Source: Nanobdellota archaeon (GTDB lineage: Archaea; Nanobdellota; Nanobdellia; Pacearchaeales; GW2011-AR1). Taken from it: 64,000 bases of DNA. A program made the translations under genes and the position numbers. A model generated the notes under the pieces. The model had not been told where the DNA came from, made no database searches, and saw only the letters and a list, made by a program, of their open reading frames with translations. The number at the start of each line of letters is the position of its first letter. Positions within the stretch are counted from its first letter, which is position 1. Location of the stretch: NCBI GenBank assembly GCA_038045945.1, contig JBBSXC010000003.1, forward strand, positions 96,001-160,000, written 5' to 3'. Below are positions 38,435-48,272 of this stretch, piece by piece.

Positions 38435-39172
38435 TTAGTGAGAATGAGCATGAGATCTACTCCTCAAACCCACAGAAGCACTCTTATAACGAGAAGAAAC
38501 AACATTATTAAGTAAAGCAATAGCAACAGAGCGATCAGAAGAAGAACTTGAAGAATCACAACTAATAAATAATGCTTCATCACCAGAAGGAATTTTAAGA
38601 TAAGAAGGAGAAACCCTACCATTAGGACCAACCTCACCCTTAAACATAGCAGTTAAGTAATAAGGACCATCCTGACAATAAAAATCAGATAATAACCTAA
38701 CACCACTAGGCTTAGCAACAGCATTAACCAAAGCATTAGACTCAAAATCAGAACTCTTCTTATCAAAAGAAACAGGAAAAGAGTAGGATAAAGACCTAAC
38801 CTTTCCCAAATTTTCATTCCAAGTAATACCATTAGCATCAGGATGACAACCACTAAGAAAAAAATCACAAGTATTCTGACAAATAGAAAGTTTACCATCA
38901 GCATCAGTTTCAGGACTATCCCAAACGTAAACCTTATCAGGAGTCCAAAGAACACCAGTGTTAGAAAGAAAACGGTGATGAGTCATAGAAAGAAGTGCCG
39001 AAGCACCACTAGAATGAGACTCTTCACAAAGAGCAAGAACTTCCACAAGACCAGAAAAATCAACCATTCTAAGACCATCCTTATAGATTTCACTTCTAAA
39101 ATGGTCAAAACTATCATGACCGTGATAAACCCTAAAACGAGCCTTACTAACCTCGCACTCATAACTATCCAT
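38435..39172 (-). CDS. Hypothetical protein
   Basis: 245-aa ORF, strand-typical codon use. Confidence 0.65.
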   Translation of the reverse strand: MDSYECEVSKARFRVYHGHDSFDHFRSEIYKDGLRMVDFSGLVEVLALCEESHSSGASALLSMTHHRFLSNTGVLWTPDKVYVWDSPETDADGKLSICQNTCDFFLSGCHPDANGITWNENLGKVRSLSYSFPVSFDKKSSDFESNALVNAVAKPSGVRLLSDFYCQDGPYYLTAMFKGEVGPNGRVSPSYLKIPSGDEALFISCDSSSSSSDRSVAIALLNNVVSSRYKSASVGLRSRSHAHSH

Positions 39173-39280
39173 AAAAAGTTTATATTTTATCCCTATATAA
39201 AACTAACAAAAACATATAATTGTATCTGCACAGTAGTAACAAATAGCAAGCTTTATATAGGCTCAAACCCTTGTCCGAGC

Positions 39281-39823
39281 ATGGATGAACACCATACAAA
39301 CACTGATGAAAAGGAGTGGAGAGAATATGCCAATAGAGAATTTGCAGATGAGAACGGGAAATTCTCAATACATAAACTTTTATTAAGTTTTGCTAAAGAA
39401 GACCAAGCAGTTTTAGATGTAACTAGAAGACTAGATGAGCTAACTGCACAAGTCGAGCAACACCCAAAATGTAAGAGGCCATATGAGGACTTATGGAGAC
39501 TTGTTACAGACAATGCTCATAGAATGACAGATAAAGAAGAAGTAAAAGGAGATTTAGGAAGAGTCGTTAGAGGAAGATTTGGAACAAGCTATAGAACATC
39601 AATAGAAAGTGGGAGAGTCTTAGTACCAAGTTTTATGCCAATAATCTCCCTAGGAATGTCTAATATAGTCCAAATTGAAAAGGGAGTTAGACCAGTAAAG
39701 GACACTTATAGAGGAGTAATCATAAGGAGAATTACTTCAGGATTAGCAAAAGGAAAATTAGAAGGAATGCCATTCTACTATCAAGACTCTAAACTAGTAG
39801 AAGAACCAGGTTACTCAGACTAA
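39281..39823 (+). CDS. Hypothetical protein
   Basis: Likely start ATG 39281 (TTTATATA 30 nt upstream); the upstream extension is a shadow of the minus-strand gene. Confidence 0.6.
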   Translation: MDEHHTNTDEKEWREYANREFADENGKFSIHKLLLSFAKEDQAVLDVTRRLDELTAQVEQHPKCKRPYEDLWRLVTDNAHRMTDKEEVKGDLGRVVRGRFGTSYRTSIESGRVLVPSFMPIISLGMSNIVQIEKGVRPVKDTYRGVIIRRITSGLAKGKLEGMPFYYQDSKLVEEPGYSD

Positions 39824-39843
39824 GATTCTTATCAAAATACAAA

Positions 39844-40218
39844 ATGCCAAATAAAGATAAAAACGGCAATGAGAAAAGAAGATTATTTTTTAGAGCAAAT
39901 AAGAATTTTGATGCAGGACTTAAAGAAGTTTTAGCCAAAAGATCAGACTCAGAAGATGATGCTAAAATAATAATTCTTACTAGAAAACTAGAAGGAGAAA
40001 AATCTAGAAAAATTCTTTATGATTTAGGAATATCCCACAGCTTAAGGGGATTAAATGGAGACTACGAAAAGGCAAAAACTTACCTTAATAGAGCTTTAGA
40101 GTTAGAAGAAAGTGAAAAGGACAAGGAAGAAGGATTAAGCGACATGGAGATATATGGAGGATTAAGAATGATAGTAACCCTTGAAGAGCAAAGAAAGGCG
40201 AAAGGAGCAAAACAATAA
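39844..40218 (+). CDS. Hypothetical protein with TPR-like segment
   Basis: LYDLG......GDYEKAKTYLNRALE. Confidence 0.55.
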   Translation: MPNKDKNGNEKRRLFFRANKNFDAGLKEVLAKRSDSEDDAKIIILTRKLEGEKSRKILYDLGISHSLRGLNGDYEKAKTYLNRALELEESEKDKEEGLSDMEIYGGLRMIVTLEEQRKAKGAKQ

Positions 40219-40273
40219 GTTTATATATTTCCTTACTATTAGTCATTTTATCAAAAGGTGTGATGATTAATTA

Positions 40274-40582
40274 ATGACTATTGATCCAACTCTTTTTAGA
40301 GAACTCTTACTGCCAGCTATTCTTGGAGGAGTTGGTGGACTTACTCGAGGACTTATAGGACTTCTAAAAGCCTTATCACTAAGGAGGAGAATAATTTGGA
40401 ATTATTACGCAATAACAGTAATAGTTGCAGCAATTATTGGAGTATTTATCGGAGTAGTATTCAATTTTGATTATCGCCTAAGCTTACTAGCAGGATACGC
40501 AGGAACAGACGTACTAGAAGGAATTTATAAGAGCTTCCAAGTCCAGAAAATATATGTTAGCAGCTCTAAGGGAAGAAAATGA
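40274..40582 (+). CDS. Small membrane protein
   Basis: Gly-rich TMs, LAGYAGTD. Confidence 0.65.
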   Translation: MTIDPTLFRELLLPAILGGVGGLTRGLIGLLKALSLRRRIIWNYYAITVIVAAIIGVFIGVVFNFDYRLSLLAGYAGTDVLEGIYKSFQVQKIYVSSSKGRK

Positions 40583-40797
40583 CGAAACTATACTTAGAAA
40601 TTGACACAAAACTATACAACGACCTAAAAAACAGAGCTAAAAAGAATTATTTAGAAGTAGAAAAATTATCAGAGGACATCATTAGAAGAAGCATGATAAC
40701 CTACAAGAAAAACTCTATTTCTCAAACAGACAAAAAAGTTGATGATTCATTAGTAAACATTTTCTCAAGACAAAACAAAGGAAGAAAGAGAAAATAA
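40579..40797 (+). CDS. Ribbon-helix-helix-like small DNA-binding protein
   Basis: LYLEID..LY..LK.RAKK....VE.L...II. Confidence 0.55.
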   Translation: MTKLYLEIDTKLYNDLKNRAKKNYLEVEKLSEDIIRRSMITYKKNSISQTDKKVDDSLVNIFSRQNKGRKRK

Positions 40798-40799
40798 GT

Positions 40800-41285
40800 T
40801 TAGTACCCTTTAGGAGGAAGCTGTTTTTTGCCCAAATAACTAAAGTTTAAGTCTCTCAATTGAGACATAATGTTCTCAACCTCAATCTTAACAACTTCGG
40901 GATCAAGGCCCTTATTCTTAATTATTACAAAGACATCTTCTTTGACCTTATCAAAATCGTTATTGTACTTTTGGTTAATATCTTTCCAAGGAATTCCCTT
41001 TAGAGCCTCACAAACCCCTTTATCATAATTGACCATACCCAGATTCATGAGTAAAGCTATTGCTGGATAACTCAAATAACCTTTATAGTAAGCCGTATTA
41101 TCATTAGACATAATACTCATGCTTAACTTATCAAAAGAAACATCATAATACTTGTTCCTAGATGAAGAATAAACCTTAGCTCTAATAATCCCTGAATCAT
41201 CAGTACCAGTAACTTCTAACCTACCATCAGCTAAGCAACCTAAAGCCTCATAAACCTGTTTTTTAGGAGGAGTATTCCAAAACAT
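40800..41285 (-). CDS. Conserved-looking hypothetical protein
   Basis: W..PP...VYEALG..ADGR, SSS..K.Y, SNDN, GYLSYPAIA. Confidence 0.7.
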   Translation of the reverse strand: MFWNTPPKKQVYEALGCLADGRLEVTGTDDSGIIRAKVYSSSRNKYYDVSFDKLSMSIMSNDNTAYYKGYLSYPAIALLMNLGMVNYDKGVCEALKGIPWKDINQKYNNDFDKVKEDVFVIIKNKGLDPEVVKIEVENIMSQLRDLNFSYLGKKQLPPKGY

Positions 41286-41335
41286 AAAGAAATAATACTA
41301 CACATCTTAATAAATCCTTTATTCTAGAGTAAAAT

Positions 41336-41551
41336 ATGATAAAAGTAGACGATGATGAAGAGTGCGCGTACGGAGATTTTTACACATTAGTAAGACACCT
41401 AGACGGGGAAGAATTAGAGGATTATACTAATGATGAAGAAAACTCTCACTATGAAGAGTTACAAGCAATACTGGCAAAATATCCTCAATTCATAGATAAA
41501 TATAAGAAAGAAGACATAAAATTTAGAGAATCAATAAAAGACATAAAATAG
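41336..41551 (+). CDS. Hypothetical acidic protein
   Basis: ORF. Confidence 0.5.
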   Translation: MIKVDDDEECAYGDFYTLVRHLDGEELEDYTNDEENSHYEELQAILAKYPQFIDKYKKEDIKFRESIKDIK

Positions 41552-41625
41552 AAGTTATTCCTTTGTAACACATTCTCTTTTAGTCTACAATAATGCTTAT
41601 AAAATAGTATTTCTAAAAAAAGGTA

Positions 41626-42039
41626 ATGGATCACACAAGAACACACGACCCACAAGAGAGATATAGTTTCCAAGGCATGAGAGAGGGAAATTCCCCACCA
41701 GGACACGAAAGACACTATGATGACTCAGTCAGAAGTAATACTTCATCACACGGAGGCCACAGCATGAGAGTAACACTAGCCGACAAAATAGTTGCCGGAG
41801 GATCAGACTTTTATTGTCCTAGAGTAAAACGTAATGGAACATGGTATAGAAGACCAAAAAGTTCACAGTTAAGAAGAGATCATGAAAGCACGCTGCGAGG
41901 CCAAGAAAAGTCAGGAAACTTAAATGTTTACCAAGCCTTAAACATAATCGGCTATACAGGTTGGAAACCAAGTAAGCGTAAAGTTAAAGGAAACACAGAT
42001 GAGGATCAAGAAATGTCCGCACACCAACCTCTGTACTAA
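41626..42039 (+). CDS. Hypothetical protein
   Basis: ORF with TATA. Confidence 0.55.
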   Translation: MDHTRTHDPQERYSFQGMREGNSPPGHERHYDDSVRSNTSSHGGHSMRVTLADKIVAGGSDFYCPRVKRNGTWYRRPKSSQLRRDHESTLRGQEKSGNLNVYQALNIIGYTGWKPSKRKVKGNTDEDQEMSAHQPLY

Positions 42040-42082
42040 ATCCCTTCATAATCCTTTTAAACGCTGTTAATAGTCTTATTTT

Positions 42083-44077
42083 ATGAGTGAGACTTGGAGC
42101 CTATACGAAGAAAAAGACGGTGTAGAAAGATTACTACCGCCATTAATGTTTAGTAATGGTAAAACTCAAGAAGACGTAGTTAAAGAAATAATAAAAGCTA
42201 TAGAAGAAGGAAACAAACTAATATTCTTAAGAGGAATGTGCGGTACAGGAAAAAGCGCAATAGCACTAAACTTAGCAAAAGCATTCGGAAGAGCAAGCAT
42301 AGTAGTACCAGTAAAAAACTTACAAAAACAATACGAAGAAGACTACAGCAAAAACAAATACATAAAAAAAGATAACGGGGAAAGACTAAAAATATCAACA
42401 ATTAAAGGAAGACAAAACTTCGAGTGCAGATACATAGCAGAATCAGGAAAGAAGTTTGATGAATTAATAACAAAAAAGTCAACATACGAAAACAATAACT
42501 ACACAAGTAATAAAGAAGCTAACAGAAACGTATTCTCATTCACAAGCGGAATAAAAGTTGACAAAGAAAAAAGATCAACAGAAGCAATACCAGATGACAA
42601 AAGCGCAGATAACGACTTCATACCTTGCAAAATAGAAATTAAAGAAAAAAATGGCGGAATAATAAGAGAATACGTAAAAGAAGCAGAAAGAATAAGCCTG
42701 GACAGAATAAGAAAGATTTCACAAGTAAGAAGAGGAAGCGTAGCACCAGCATGCCCGTACTGGTCACCAATAGCACCTAGCGAAAAAGATTTAGGACTAA
42801 ACGGAATAAAAAGAGACTACATGGGACTTAACAACATAAAATACAGTTATTACGAAAGAAAACCAGGATGCAAATATTACGAACAATTCAAAGCATACTT
42901 AGACGCAGACGTAATAATATTCAACAGCCAAAAATACAGAGTAGAAAGCCTACTAAACAGAAAACCAGCAACAAACATAGAAATAATAGATGAATGCGAC
43001 GAATTCTTAGACAGCTTCTCAAACACAAAAAAAATAAATTTGGGGTGGCTCTCATCAGCACTTGAAAGACTATTCTTCGAAGACCCAAAAGCAGAAAGAA
43101 TAGTAAAAGAAATTAATATGTTAATAAGAAACATTTACGAAGATAAGGGAATAAACTCGCAAATAATACGTGAAGAAATAATGCACATTAAAGACACACC
43201 AATAATACAACTAGTAAAATATTTCTTAGAAACAGACTTTTTAGAAAAAGCGGACTATGACGAAGAAAACTACGCTTATGATTGCGAAGAAACAGCATTA
43301 ACATTTGATAACTTCTTAGACGAAACATACGTATCATTCGAAAAAGAAGGAAACAACATATCAGTAAAACTAGTAACAATAAACCTAGAAAAAAGGTTTA
43401 GAGAAGAACTATTAGACAAAAACAAAGTAGTAGTACTAATGAGCGGCACAATACACTCAGAAAAAGTCCTAAAAGACGTATTTGGTCTTGACCAATTCAA
43501 AGTAGTTGATGCAGAAACAGCAGTTAGCGGGACAATAACAAAGAAAAGAACAGGAATGGAGTTTAATTGCAGATACGAAAACTTCAAAAGCGGAGGAGTA
43601 AGCAGAGAACACTACCTAAAAGTATTAGACGAATGTGTTAAACAATCAGTTAAACCAACACTAGTACACGTTAACTCTTTCGCAGACTTACCAACAGAGG
43701 AAGAAAGAAATAATCAAGGGTTAGAACTGATGAGTCAAGAAAACCTTCGCAGTATTCAGGACGATGACTCAGAAGGAGCATTAGTTGCAGAGTTCAAAAG
43801 CGGCAAAACAAAAATTTTGTACTCAACTAAGTGTAACAGAGGAGTTGACTTCCCCGGAGAAACATGCAACAGCATAATAATAACCAAGTATCCTTACCCT
43901 AACGTAGACTCATTATTCTGGAAGATTTTCAGAAAAGTAAAACCAGAACAATACAACGAATTCTACATTGACAAAGCAAAAAGAGAATTCTTACAAAGAC
44001 TATACAGAGGACTGCGAAGAAAAGACGACCACATATACCTAATGTCGCCAGACGTTAGAATATTCTACGGGGTGTAA
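42083..44077 (+). CDS. SF2 DNA helicase, XPD/Rad3/DinG-like
   Basis: CGTGKS, DECD, MSGT, RGVDFPG, QRLYRGLR; four scattered Cys consistent with an FeS domain. Confidence 0.8.
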   Translation: MSETWSLYEEKDGVERLLPPLMFSNGKTQEDVVKEIIKAIEEGNKLIFLRGMCGTGKSAIALNLAKAFGRASIVVPVKNLQKQYEEDYSKNKYIKKDNGERLKISTIKGRQNFECRYIAESGKKFDELITKKSTYENNNYTSNKEANRNVFSFTSGIKVDKEKRSTEAIPDDKSADNDFIPCKIEIKEKNGGIIREYVKEAERISLDRIRKISQVRRGSVAPACPYWSPIAPSEKDLGLNGIKRDYMGLNNIKYSYYERKPGCKYYEQFKAYLDADVIIFNSQKYRVESLLNRKPATNIEIIDECDEFLDSFSNTKKINLGWLSSALERLFFEDPKAERIVKEINMLIRNIYEDKGINSQIIREEIMHIKDTPIIQLVKYFLETDFLEKADYDEENYAYDCEETALTFDNFLDETYVSFEKEGNNISVKLVTINLEKRFREELLDKNKVVVLMSGTIHSEKVLKDVFGLDQFKVVDAETAVSGTITKKRTGMEFNCRYENFKSGGVSREHYLKVLDECVKQSVKPTLVHVNSFADLPTEEERNNQGLELMSQENLRSIQDDDSEGALVAEFKSGKTKILYSTKCNRGVDFPGETCNSIIITKYPYPNVDSLFWKIFRKVKPEQYNEFYIDKAKREFLQRLYRGLRRKDDHIYLMSPDVRIFYGV

Positions 44078-44211
44078 ATAATAATAGAGGAAGAAGAAAC
44101 CTGGGTAAAGGCCACAGACGCGATGGGGAAAGTATTAGTAGAAGAGCAGTGAGCGCAATAGAGAAATTAGCAAGAGAAGAATCTGAGGATTAATATTTTA
44201 TTCTTTAATAA

Positions 44212-44601
44212 TTATTTTGTTAGTACTTCTTCTAAGACCCAAACAGCGATTATAACCCACAAGACCAGATACCACCAATAATCGCGAGTTCTAAGATTAT
44301 TAATTAAAGATTCCCTAAATGTGACCAATTCTTTATTGAATAAGTGCATACCAGCAATGAAAAGCAGAAATAAAAACATACCAGAAACAAAAATTTGTGT
44401 AATAGTTATCTCTCTAAGAAGAAAACTCAAAACTACTAAGGAAAGAATGAATGCAAGCCAAGAAACAATTTTAGGATAAGAGAAAAGTGGTTTTGTCAGA
44501 TTAAACCAAGGCTTAGGAGCAGTGAATAAGAAAAGAACCTTGATAAGAACAAGAACAGATAAAACAATAGCGACCACCTCAACACTTGTGTATAACACCA
44601 T
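44212..44601 (-). CDS. Hypothetical membrane protein
   Basis: Four TM segments. Confidence 0.65.
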   Translation of the reverse strand: MVLYTSVEVVAIVLSVLVLIKVLFLFTAPKPWFNLTKPLFSYPKIVSWLAFILSLVVLSFLLREITITQIFVSGMFLFLLFIAGMHLFNKELVTFRESLINNLRTRDYWWYLVLWVIIAVWVLEEVLTK

Positions 44602-44625
44602 GGTAATTACTAAACAAGAGAGTTT

Positions 44626-45129
44626 TTAAGAGTTACTAATAAATTCTTTCAACCTAAAATAAGCATTGTCAAGATTATTAGTATCAAGAACTATCAGGCT
44701 AAAATCATAATTTTCCTCAAGATCAGAATAATACTTGTCAGAAAAAGAGAATTGGTAATCCAAATAACTCTTATTAATCTTCCTTTCGCGCGACTCCATC
44801 CTCAAATCACAAATTTTTCTATCACACTTACAATAAACAACAACTACATCAAAAGACTTTAATGCATCTAAAACTTTTGGTAAGTATTCACCAGTTGCAA
44901 ACTCTAAAACATCAAAAGACTTATGAGCAAAAGAATCAATAAACTTGCCCACGACTTCATCTAACAACCCCTTATTACTGTTAGTGACATGACCATACTT
45001 GTCAAGATATGGTTGCATAACTTCCATAATGTCATAAAACTTCAATTTTTTCTCACTAACAAACTCATTAATAATCGTTGTTTTACCAGAACAAGCAGGA
45101 CCAACAAAGACATACTTCTTATTACTCAT
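44626..45129 (-). CDS. P-loop nucleoside/nucleotide kinase-like protein
   Basis: GPACSGKTT; RxxxR lid (RMESR). Confidence 0.75.
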   Translation of the reverse strand: MSNKKYVFVGPACSGKTTIINEFVSEKKLKFYDIMEVMQPYLDKYGHVTNSNKGLLDEVVGKFIDSFAHKSFDVLEFATGEYLPKVLDALKSFDVVVVYCKCDRKICDLRMESRERKINKSYLDYQFSFSDKYYSDLEENYDFSLIVLDTNNLDNAYFRLKEFISNS

Positions 45130-45272
45130 AAAATCAAAAGTTTTTAACGATATATAAAACGTTAGGTTTTATCATTTCTACTAGCGAATAACAGCAAGGA
45201 AGGCGATAGCTTTAAAAGAGAAGACTTTATTACATTTATAACAAATTTAGGTGGGAGAAAAGTAAAAATAAT

Positions 45273-45698
45273 ATGTTTAAAGTATTAGACCAACAAAAAA
45301 TAAGATTCTTAACAGTATTCGGAAGAGTAAGCAGAATACCAGTTAGTGACTGCTTCATGTACAACAACAAAGTAGTATTCGCAGTACCGCAAGCAAGACT
45401 AGCAATGGCCATTGGAGAAAACGCAAACAACATAAAAAGAGCAAGCGAAATGCTAATGAGAAAAGTAAGAGTAGTAGCATTACCAAGACCTGGAAACGAC
45501 AGCGACATACCATCATTCATAAGTTCAATAATACACCCAGTAGAATTCAAAAATTTGGAAGTAGTAGGTGAAGAAATACAAATAGTTGCTAACGGAATGG
45601 AAAACAAAGCAGAAATGATGGGAAGAAACAAAGTAAGACTTAAAGAATTACAAGACATAGCAAAACAATACTTCAACAAAAACCTAAGAATAATATAA
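45273..45698 (+). CDS. nusA: Archaeal NusA (KH-domain transcription factor)
   Basis: DCF, AIGENANNI, MGRNKVRL two-KH pattern. Confidence 0.85.
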   Translation: MFKVLDQQKIRFLTVFGRVSRIPVSDCFMYNNKVVFAVPQARLAMAIGENANNIKRASEMLMRKVRVVALPRPGNDSDIPSFISSIIHPVEFKNLEVVGEEIQIVANGMENKAEMMGRNKVRLKELQDIAKQYFNKNLRII

Positions 45699-45710
45699 TT
45701 TCTAAAAACA

Positions 45711-46445
45711 ATGACATTTTATCTAATAGGATTAGGACTAAATGAGAATTCAATAACAAAAGAATCATTAGACATAATAAACAAAACAAAAAAACTATAT
45801 TTAGAAGGATACACAGTAGCATTCCCATACAACATAGAAACACTAGAAAAAAACTTAGGAAGAAAAGTCACACAACTAAAAAGAGAAGCAGTAGAAAAAG
45901 AAGAATTCCTCAGTGATGCAAAAAAAGAAGACGTGAGCCTACTAGTCTATGGAGCACCACTAAGCGCAACAACACATTACTCAATAATAGAAAAATGCAA
46001 AAAAGAAGGAATAAATTACCAAGTATTATATAACGGCAGCGTAATTGACGCAGTAGCAGAATCAGGATTACAACTTTACAAGTTTGGAAAAACAGCAAGT
46101 ATGCCAAGATGGATAAGCGGAAAGTACGAACCGGACAGCTTCCTAGAAATAATAAAAGACAACAACAAAATCAAAGCGCACACGCTTCTACTAATAGACA
46201 TAGGAATGAGTGCCGATGAAGCAGTCGAACAATTAATGAACGCTCTAAAAAAGAAGTCGCAAAAGATTGACGAAATAATGATTTGTTCAAGATTAGGGAC
46301 GGCAGAAGCAAAATTTTATTATGGTAACGTAGAAAAATTGTTAACACTAACCCATAAAGTTAAAGAACCATTCTGCTTCATAATACCAAGCGAAGAATTA
46401 CACTTTGCTGAAGAAGAAGCACTAGAATTACACAAAAAAGAATAA
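45711..46445 (+). CDS. dph5: Diphthine synthase
   Basis: LIGLGL, YLEGYT, G.PLSATTH, GLQLYKFGKT, HTLLLIDI. Confidence 0.93.
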   Translation: MTFYLIGLGLNENSITKESLDIINKTKKLYLEGYTVAFPYNIETLEKNLGRKVTQLKREAVEKEEFLSDAKKEDVSLLVYGAPLSATTHYSIIEKCKKEGINYQVLYNGSVIDAVAESGLQLYKFGKTASMPRWISGKYEPDSFLEIIKDNNKIKAHTLLLIDIGMSADEAVEQLMNALKKKSQKIDEIMICSRLGTAEAKFYYGNVEKLLTLTHKVKEPFCFIIPSEELHFAEEEALELHKKE

Positions 46446-46451
46446 AAAACA

Positions 46452-47465
46452 ATGAATAAAATATCATTTTACGGATTTGGAGCGTTCAACAGTGCACTAG
46501 CACACTACTTTGACAAAGAAAAAAACTTCTCGATGAGTTGTTACGATAAAGACGAGAAAGTAAAAGAATCAATAGACAAAGAAAGAAGACACCCACACCA
46601 CTTCACAAATATGACTTATAGTAAAAAATTATCAGTAACAAATGACCTAAAAGAATTATTATTAGCCGCAGAATTCTTAATAATTGGACTACCAACACAA
46701 ATAATCAGAGAAAACCTAAAACCAATAAAAGACCTCCTAAACAAAGAAACAACAATAATCATAGTATCAAAGGGACTCGAAATAGGAACTAACAAAAGAA
46801 TTAGCGAAATAGTAAAAGAAGAATTAGGACACAGAAAAATAGCCGTTTTTGCTGGAGGAACAGTAGCATCAGACATAGCTAACAGAATACCACTAATAGC
46901 AGAAGTAGCAAGCGAGGATAAAGAAACAAGAGAAAAAGTAGCAGGACTATTCCACAGCGAATCATTAAGAATATACACTAACCCAGACGTAGTATCAGTA
47001 GAACTATCAAGCGCACTAAAAAACATAGTATCAATAGGAGCAGGAATTTGTGACGGTTTAGGATTCACTATAGGAACTAAAGCATCATTCATAACACGAG
47101 CAACCAGAGACATATACAAAATAGCCAAGGCAATGGGGGCACATGACAAAACATTCCTGCCAGGAAGCGCATCAGTGTGGGGAGACATAATACTATCGGC
47201 ATTCGGACCAACAAGAAACTACGAATTCGGAAAAAGACTATGCTCAAAAAACCCAAAAGAGGTATTAGAATTGATGAATAAAGAACACAAAACAATTGAA
47301 GGATACTGGACAGTTAAAGCAGTAAGAACAATGAGCAAAGAAAAAGGAATAGACACACCATGTATAGAACAAGTATACAAAATAGTACACGAAGAAGTAA
47401 AACCGTTAGTTGCACTAAAAGAATTATTCGAAAGAAAAAGAACAAGCATAGACTCAAACGATTAA
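46452..47465 (+). CDS. gpsA: NAD(P)H-dependent glycerol-3-phosphate dehydrogenase
   Basis: GFGAF Rossmann, SKGLE, ALKN, GD...S....RNY, EG motifs. Confidence 0.9.
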   Translation: MNKISFYGFGAFNSALAHYFDKEKNFSMSCYDKDEKVKESIDKERRHPHHFTNMTYSKKLSVTNDLKELLLAAEFLIIGLPTQIIRENLKPIKDLLNKETTIIIVSKGLEIGTNKRISEIVKEELGHRKIAVFAGGTVASDIANRIPLIAEVASEDKETREKVAGLFHSESLRIYTNPDVVSVELSSALKNIVSIGAGICDGLGFTIGTKASFITRATRDIYKIAKAMGAHDKTFLPGSASVWGDIILSAFGPTRNYEFGKRLCSKNPKEVLELMNKEHKTIEGYWTVKAVRTMSKEKGIDTPCIEQVYKIVHEEVKPLVALKELFERKRTSIDSND

Positions 47466-47471
47466 AAATAA

Positions 47472-48218
47472 TTATTTTTTAGAATAATATTTCTCGGCCC
47501 TCTTTCTTAATGAAGGCTTACCAATATCTGACCAAAAACCATCATTTTGCTCCCAAACATAAAAATCCTTCCACCAATTATGAACAGCGCTACCTAAACC
47601 CGCCTCGCCACGCTCACCCATATCTAAGAAGAAAGGAATATTAGAAGAATGGATCATGTGTACATCGAGAATAACTCTTTGCGAATCAAGACTAGTCTGC
47701 GGAGCAAAAGATTAAGAAGCACCAGTAACCTTGCCAAGATTATCAAAACGACACATACCAAAATTCATACTCCCTCCTTCATCAGCATCACAAATCTTGC
47801 CAATATCTCTAACAGGCAGAAGATTAGCACTACCCTCAGACCTATTAAGATCATAAAACCTTCTCATCATAGGAACTAAGGAAAAATCGTAGAGGTTATC
47901 ATCAGCAGCAACTAAAGCATGATTGCCAGTACCAAACTCCTTCAGAGCAGCACAATAAACAAGCAAGGGGGCCTGAGAACCACTATACTCCTTAACATCA
48001 ATAGGTAAACTAAAACTCTTCTTAGCCTCTTCATAAGCAGATTTATGTTCAGGGTTAGTATAAACAAGAACAGGAGTCGTAACCCCTAACTCTAAAAACC
48101 TGTCAAGTTGATGAGCAATAACAGGCCGGTCAGCAAACTTTACAAGTCCACGAATCTCGCCAAGTCTATCATTACCTAAAGAATCATTAGATCCAACCGC
48201 ATTAATGAAAGCTTTCAT
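47472..48218 (-). pseudogene. Sugar-phosphate nucleotidyltransferase-like gene interrupted by in-frame TAA
   Basis: MKAFINAVG...RPVIAH...ADDNLY...GAS*SFAP...GFWSDIGKP; one frame, single TAA at 47714-47712. Confidence 0.7.
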
Positions 48219-48230
48219 ATAACTGGAAAG

Positions 48231-48250
48231 TTGTACATTAGCTTTATAAA
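48231..48250 (+). promoter_or_regulatory. ileS promoter: TTGTACAT element plus TATA box
   Basis: TTGTACAT-tagc-TTTATAAA; TTG is 42 nt before ATG as for tyrS and argS. Confidence 0.65.
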
Positions 48251-48272
48251 TTCTATTGGGGGTAATAAGATT

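Noticed and set aside
38843-39280. N-terminal extension of the 326-aa ORF in the track
   Set aside because: Overlaps a minus-strand gene; the TATA position supports ATG 39281
44078-44193. Purine-rich coding-like stretch after the helicase
   Set aside because: No convincing start and interrupted by stops; probably a gene remnant, cannot be assigned
47712-47714. Genetic code reassignment of TAA
   Set aside because: TAA terminates many clearly full-length genes in the window; single instance only
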